A stretch of DNA of 64,000 nt from a virus. The translations under genes and the position numbers were made by a program. The notes beneath the pieces were generated by a model, which did no database searches, was not told the DNA's origin, and was given only the letters and a program-made list of their open reading frames with translations. The stretch spans positions 43,943 to 107,942 of IMG/VR virus record IMGVR_UViG_3300042337_000070, one strand, 5' to 3'. Each line of letters starts with the position of its first letter. Within the stretch, counting starts at the first letter, position 1. Of the stretch, positions 58,927-64,000 are shown in pieces.

Positions 58927-60066
58927 TTAGAAGTTACCTCCGTCGAGCATTCCGAACTGTGGAACACCAGAAGCATTTACTTGTAGAACATTACCTTCGG
59001 TGCCTGCTGATGTGACAAGTAGACCATCAGTTCCATTACCGAATAGAACACCGTTTGTGGTAAATGTATTGCGTCCGGTACCACCATAGTTGACTAACAA
59101 TGTACCAGTATTTACATAAGAAGCATTAGCGGCATGTTGATCAGCAACATTTGCTGTACCGAATGCTGCATTAGCAACCGTGAAGCTTGCATTGGTTAGT
59201 GTGTAAGCAGCATTTACAGAAGTATATGCGGCATTTGAAACGTCAAAGTTAGCATTTGCGAGAGTATATGCGGCATTAGTTGTATCAAATGCAGACTTGA
59301 TCCAGGTATAAGCATTTGCTCCATTGAGTCTTAGATTGCTAGTAACAATATCAGCATTAAGAACAGCAAGAGTAAAGTTGTTTCCTGTAGTATCAATATA
59401 GTTCTGACCAGGCTCTAGATTGTAATTCTGAAATAGAAAGAACTCTTTGTTACCGGCAGAACGAAAGATACCAGTATAGAGATTAGCAGTTCCATTTGAA
59501 TAGTTACCGACGAATCCAATATCAACTGCGTCTGATGAATTATTTGCAGCAAGGAAGATAAGTGGATCTTGAACAAGTAGAGTCTCTGTATCAACGTAAG
59601 TTGTGGTTCCTTGAATAGCAAGGTTACCTGTAATAGTAACATCACCACCGATTGTTCCACCTGATGCAGCAAACTTAGTATTAGCCAAGTTAAATGCAGC
59701 ATTAGCAACTGTAAACCCTGCATTTGTTGCAACGTATGCTGCATTGGTAACAACGTAATTAGAGTTAGCGAGTGTATATGCTGAGTTTGTTGTATTGAAC
59801 GCAAGATTTAAAAGAGAATAGATCGAATTTGAACTTGTAAATCCAGTGTTTGTAACATTGAATGCTGCATTAGCAAGGTTGTAAATAGTGTTCTGTTGAT
59901 CGACAAAAAACTTACCACCAATTACAATTGGGTTTGTTTCGTCGGCCGAACCAATGAATAGTTTTTGAGATACATATGAATACGCTGGTTCTGCCGCAAG
60001 AAGTGAATTGTCTGCGGGTGTTGTCGTAACACTTGATCTTTTAATCTGGATTCTTGTATTGGACAT
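58927..60066 (-). CDS. Short tail-fibre-like protein
   Basis: IQIKRS....P...L...E.AYS, AF..AN stalk, GGTG, DGGNF end. Confidence 0.75.
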   Translation of the reverse strand: MSNTRIQIKRSSVTTTPADNSLLAAEPAYSYVSQKLFIGSADETNPIVIGGKFFVDQQNTIYNLANAAFNVTNTGFTSSNSIYSLLNLAFNTTNSAYTLANSNYVVTNAAYVATNAGFTVANAAFNLANTKFAASGGTIGGDVTITGNLAIQGTTTYVDTETLLVQDPLIFLAANNSSDAVDIGFVGNYSNGTANLYTGIFRSAGNKEFFLFQNYNLEPGQNYIDTTGNNFTLAVLNADIVTSNLRLNGANAYTWIKSAFDTTNAAYTLANANFDVSNAAYTSVNAAYTLTNASFTVANAAFGTANVADQHAANASYVNTGTLLVNYGGTGRNTFTTNGVLFGNGTDGLLVTSAGTEGNVLQVNASGVPQFGMLDGGNF

Positions 60067-60069
60067 TTC

Positions 60070-60318
60070 TTAAAATTCTCCTCCGTTTATGATGGGTATG
60101 ATCTTTACAACAAACTTACCACTTACCTCATCATAAACTAATGTCTCGTTATTGTCCACATCAGAAGCGTCAACATCTTTCAATTCTACTACAGTATCGA
60201 TATTTGTTGATCCGCCTCCTCCAATACCACCTCCAGTATTTATTGCGATACGGTTCTTAGCAGGAGCATTGACAGTTATGTTTTGTTTTCTTGGCTTAAT
60301 TGTGATTCTGGTATTCAT
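60070..60318 (-). CDS. Small virion protein
   Basis: L.DVD......ETLVYD..SGKF...INGGEF. Confidence 0.65.
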   Translation of the reverse strand: MNTRITIKPRKQNITVNAPAKNRIAINTGGGIGGGGSTNIDTVVELKDVDASDVDNNETLVYDEVSGKFVVKIIPIINGGEF

Positions 60319-60324
60319 ATTACC

Positions 60325-60666
60325 TTACTTTGTGATGGCTGGAGTTACAATAACAATACCCTCAATCAAACGAGTGTGTGTATTAGAATCAGCATCCTTC
60401 ACAAAAATATCATAAAAATAATTTCCTGGTCTAAGATTTGATGTATTGGCGGCATCCAGTGAGATAGAAATCTCACCGTTTGCTGCATCTGTTATTTCAC
60501 ACTTAAAACTTCCTGATACGTTAGCGGAAATCAATGATCTTCTCAACTTACCGGAAACAACATATGCAGATACATTCTGTGCCAGATTAGTATCATCATC
60601 ATTGATATTGATGACAGTGCTAAAGTCTGTTCCTTGATCGATATAAAACTCTACATATTCCGCCAT
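60325..60666 (-). CDS. Baseplate/fibre-attachment protein (BppU-like)
   Basis: IDQGTDF, G.ISISL....T..L..G.YFYD, RLIEG...V.P. Confidence 0.7.
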   Translation of the reverse strand: MAEYVEFYIDQGTDFSTVININDDDTNLAQNVSAYVVSGKLRRSLISANVSGSFKCEITDAANGEISISLDAANTSNLRPGNYFYDIFVKDADSNTHTRLIEGIVIVTPAITK

Positions 60667-63600
60667 TAGTTTTTACCTTTGAGTTCGTCAATCTCAGATT
60701 TAAGTTCTTTGATTGCTTCGATCAATAGAGGAATGATCTTCTCGTATTGAACAGTTAGATAGTTCTCACCAGACTTAGAGTATTCGACTCCATGTTTAAC
60801 ATCAATATCGAATGGTGCCGGTTTGACGGCCATTGGCAGAACTTTCTCAATCTCTTGTGCTAGAACACCAACTTGGGTAGATGTATCAGTGTATCCAAAT
60901 GATGCAGCAAGTTCATTACTGTTATAGGTGACACCTGAGATTTGTTCTATCTTAGCAAGAGCATTGTCGATGGTCTTAATATTTGTCTTAAGACGCTCAT
61001 CGGAATAGTAAGCTGTGATAGCATTCGTGGCACGAATCTCACCGGATGTTCCAGAAGCGTCAGTTCCGATACCAATTGAGTTGAACTGAGAGTTCTGAGT
61101 GGTAGAAGTAAATGTGCTAGCAGAACCGGTGATTGATCCTGATGATGTGACATAGTTAGCACCACCTGTAACTGATCTTACACGACCGTATTCGTCAACA
61201 GTAATAGAAGAGATACCACTAGATACAGCAACATTAGAACTAGATCCATAAGTTGCTAGGGAAACTGTGCCAGTTGTTGTAATTGTTCCACCTGTTAGTC
61301 CTACGCCTGTAGCAACAGAAGTAACACCAGAAGATGTAACATAATTAGCACCACCAGAAATAGCAGTTACACGTCCATAAGCATCAACTGTGACAGATGA
61401 AATGCCAGATGTATATGAACCGCCTGTACCACCTGGTCCAGATGTTGGAAGCGAAATTGTTCCAGTTGTGGTGATGGTGCCACCATTCAATCCGTTGCCG
61501 GCGATGACTTGTGTAACGCCAGAAGATGTAACGTAACCGGCAGATCCGGTTACCGAGGTCACACGACCGTAAGTATCAACTGTAATAGCAGAGATACCTC
61601 CTGTTCTAGCGGTCGTATCAGCGAGGATACCGGAAGCTAGATCAATAACAGGCGTTGTTCCACCAGTTGATGTAACACGACCTCCTGTACCTGTGACAGA
61701 TGTAACTTTTCCTGTTGCAACAGTATTTGCCCATGCATTAGCAGCATTAGCCATAAAGCCAGCGTAGTTGTTTGCTGATGATCCAACAGTGATAGCGTAT
61801 CCGTTTGCTCCCTGTGATACACCGTTCGCTTTTCCAAATGCTGCGGTTGTATTTTGAGTTACAGAGTCAACATTAGCAGTTGAAGCAAATCTTAGATAGT
61901 TTGTTCCATCTGTTGTGAATGTCCAAGCATCTGTTCCTTCATTCCATAGGATGGCAACATTAGCAGAAGATCCACGCTTGACTTCAATACCAGCATTCTC
62001 AGAAGGTGCTACGACAGAAGGAATATCATTATTAAGAGTAATGATGGCGTCGCCGACGAGTAATGTCTGAGTATTAGCATAAGTCATAACGCCTGATGTT
62101 GTAAGGTTACCTTGAATAACTAGATCGCCAGTAATAGTATCGCCGGCTTTCTTTACATAGGTTGCTGCTGCATAGTTGTTAGCATTATTAGCAACAAGAC
62201 CGGCACCATTTGCCATAGATCCAGCGTAATTATTAGCCGCTATGACAGATGTATTGGTATATGCTCTAGCAACTATTAGATTAGCATCTACAACGGTACT
62301 AGTATATCCGTTACTGCTATTGGCCATTACTCCAGCATAGTTGTTAGCTGCACCGGTAGAAGTATTGGTATATGCTCTTGAAACAACAAGATTAGCATCT
62401 ACAACGGTACTAGTATATCCATTAGCTGAGTTAGCCATTGCTCCAGCATAGTTATTGGCAGCGGCAGTAGAGGTATTAGTGTAAGCTCTGGAGGTCACAA
62501 GGTTAGCAGCAACAATTGTGTTGGTGATACCGTTAGCACTATTGGCCATTACACCAGCATAGTTATTAGCTGCCGCAGTAGATGTATCAGTATATGATCT
62601 AGCTGTAGTCAAATTGGCAGCAACGATTGTGCTGGCAATTGCGTTAGCAGCATTAGCCATAAAGCCAGCGTAGTTGTTTGCCGCAGCGGTAGATGTGTTC
62701 GTGTAGCCTCTAGAGGTTACTAGATTGGCCGCTACAATGGTTTCACTATAACTATTACCGCTGTTAGCCATGAATCCAGCATAGTTATTTCCGCTGTTAG
62801 CCATAGCACCAGCGTAGTTATTACCAGATGTTAGAGCATTTGTAACGCTAATAGAACCGATGAACAACGAAGTTGTATTAACTCCACCGTTAACATCAAG
62901 ACTAGTTGTTGGTGTAGATGTATTGATACCGAGGCGAGTATTCTGCTGATCAATAAACAATACGATTGATGTATTACCTACTGTTAGATTGTTTGCTGTA
63001 AATAGAGATCCGCCATACAGTTGAATGTAGTCACTACTTACATCACCTAAAAGAATGTTACCTGTTGCTCTCATATCACCTGCAACATCAAGTCTAAGCG
63101 AACTTGCTGATGTGCCGATACCTACGTTACCATTTACAGTAAGTTCTCCTGCAAAGGTTCCTGTCGCATTAGCAAGAGCATTATTTGCTTTATCAAAAGC
63201 ACCATTTGCAGTATTGAAAGATACTTGATTTGTGACAATAGAGTTTGCTGCGTTTCCGCCTAGCTCTTGTGCTAGTCCGTAAGCATCGTTTGCTCTATTT
63301 CTTGCTGTGTTTGCTTGATCAAATGCGGCTGTTGTATTAGCAATAGTTGACAAAGTTGCTATTGCCCAGTTGTTAACCGAGTTTGCTAAAAAGCCTGCAA
63401 AGTTATTGGCTGCTGTGGTAGATATTCTGATATTAGAATAGGCTGCTGTATTGGATGCAGAGTCGATACTTAGAGCATAAGCATTTGCTGCAATAGATGA
63501 CGCTAGAATATTGGCATAAGCAGCGGTATTAGATGCTGAATCAATGCTCAAAGCATAGGCATTTGCTGCTACTGTAGAAGTTCTAATATTAGCATAAGCA

Positions 63601-64000
63601 GCGGTATTAGATGTTGAGTCGATACTTAGAGCATAGGCATTTGCCGCAACGGTTGATGCCAAGATGTTAGCATAAGCTGCCGTGTTAGATGCTGAATCGA
63701 TACTTAGAGCATAGGCATTTGCAGCGGTTGTAGATGCTAGAATGTTTCCGTATGCGGCAGCATTTGCTGCTGTAACGATTGATAGAGCGTAAGTATTTGC
63801 TGCAACGGTTGATGCCAAGATGTTGGCATAAGCAGCGGTATTAGATGCTGAATCAATGCTCAAAGCATAGGCATTTGCTGCCAATGTTGATGTTCTAATG
63901 TTAGCATAAGCAGCGGTATTAGATGCTGAATCAATGCTCAAAGCATAGGCATTTGCTGCTACTGTAGAAGTTCTGATGTTTGCGTAGGCTGCTGTATTAG
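60666..64000 (-). CDS. Long tail fibre with repeat stalk and S74 chaperone; start lies beyond window
   Basis: Frame open to window edge; SDERLKTNI...VGVLAQE....LP..V...TVQYEK..PLL.EAIKEL. Confidence 0.88.
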   Translation of the reverse strand, partial: NTAAYANIRTSTVAANAYALSIDSASNTAAYANIRTSTLAANAYALSIDSASNTAAYANILASTVAANTYALSIVTAANAAAYGNILASTTAANAYALSIDSASNTAAYANILASTVAANAYALSIDSTSNTAAYANIRTSTVAANAYALSIDSASNTAAYANILASSIAANAYALSIDSASNTAAYSNIRISTTAANNFAGFLANSVNNWAIATLSTIANTTAAFDQANTARNRANDAYGLAQELGGNAANSIVTNQVSFNTANGAFDKANNALANATGTFAGELTVNGNVGIGTSASSLRLDVAGDMRATGNILLGDVSSDYIQLYGGSLFTANNLTVGNTSIVLFIDQQNTRLGINTSTPTTSLDVNGGVNTTSLFIGSISVTNALTSGNNYAGAMANSGNNYAGFMANSGNSYSETIVAANLVTSRGYTNTSTAAANNYAGFMANAANAIASTIVAANLTTARSYTDTSTAAANNYAGVMANSANGITNTIVAANLVTSRAYTNTSTAAANNYAGAMANSANGYTSTVVDANLVVSRAYTNTSTGAANNYAGVMANSSNGYTSTVVDANLIVARAYTNTSVIAANNYAGSMANGAGLVANNANNYAAATYVKKAGDTITGDLVIQGNLTTSGVMTYANTQTLLVGDAIITLNNDIPSVVAPSENAGIEVKRGSSANVAILWNEGTDAWTFTTDGTNYLRFASTANVDSVTQNTTAAFGKANGVSQGANGYAITVGSSANNYAGFMANAANAWANTVATGKVTSVTGTGGRVTSTGGTTPVIDLASGILADTTARTGGISAITVDTYGRVTSVTGSAGYVTSSGVTQVIAGNGLNGGTITTTGTISLPTSGPGGTGGSYTSGISSVTVDAYGRVTAISGGANYVTSSGVTSVATGVGLTGGTITTTGTVSLATYGSSSNVAVSSGISSITVDEYGRVRSVTGGANYVTSSGSITGSASTFTSTTQNSQFNSIGIGTDASGTSGEIRATNAITAYYSDERLKTNIKTIDNALAKIEQISGVTYNSNELAASFGYTDTSTQVGVLAQEIEKVLPMAVKPAPFDIDVKHGVEYSKSGENYLTVQYEKIIPLLIEAIKELKSEIDELKGKN
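62200..62790 (-). repeat. 111-bp (37-aa) coding tandem repeat, ~5 copies
   Basis: YTNTS..AANNYAG.MANS.N.....IV.ANL...R; identical 29-mer at 62281 and 62392. Confidence 0.85.
63400..64000 (-). repeat. 78-bp (26-aa) coding tandem repeat, at least 7 copies
   Basis: SIDSASNTAAYANI(L/R)(A/T)ST(V/L)AANAYAL; gcataggcatttgctgc recurs at 63865 and 63943. Confidence 0.9.

Noticed and set aside
117-61837. Numerous short plus-strand and nested ORFs in the track
   Set aside because: Antisense or shifted shadows of recognised genes, without RBS or motifs
63400-64000. CRISPR-like array
   Set aside because: In-frame coding repeats with synonymous variation, no unique spacers, no cas genes
1-64000. tRNA/rRNA genes and genetic-code reassignment
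   Set aside because: No cloverleaf or T-loop found in the short intergenic gaps; core genes translate full-length in the standard code

Overview
A 64-kb fragment of a large T4-like myovirus with the cyanophage/phiM12-type gene order; a probable alphaproteobacterial host is inferred from the style of its FtsH. Almost everything is on the minus strand. Reading in the transcription direction (right to left), it contains: a ~21-kb tail-fibre/adhesin block, then gp13-14-15, a gp9/10-motif fibre, gp16-17-18-19-20, head cargo/core proteins, gp21-22-23, a reverse-strand GIY-YIG endonuclease, gp3, uvsY, uvsW, gp55, gp47, FtsH, gp46, a PLP-enzyme/BGT-like glycosyltransferase/methyltransferase cluster, a CobT-like VWA/CobS-like AAA pair, a wHTH gene, a GT-A glycosyltransferase, dNMP kinase, gp45, dsbA, gp44, a DGQHR/DUF262 protein and the start of gp62. 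Most notable: (1) a non-coding pseudoknot/switch at 5920-5987 whose unpaired loop is complementary to the ribosome-binding leaders of the three upstream early genes; (2) back-to-back consensus sigma70 promoters, one firing into a GCGAAGC mini-hairpin element (origin/ncRNA candidate); (3) a candidate DNA hypermodification operon; (4) an intact FtsH wedged between gp47 and gp46; (5) Trp/Tyr-run loops in a fibre tip; (6) a pervasive A-N-T motif in virion proteins. All product calls come from recognising motifs and synteny by eye; no searches were run.
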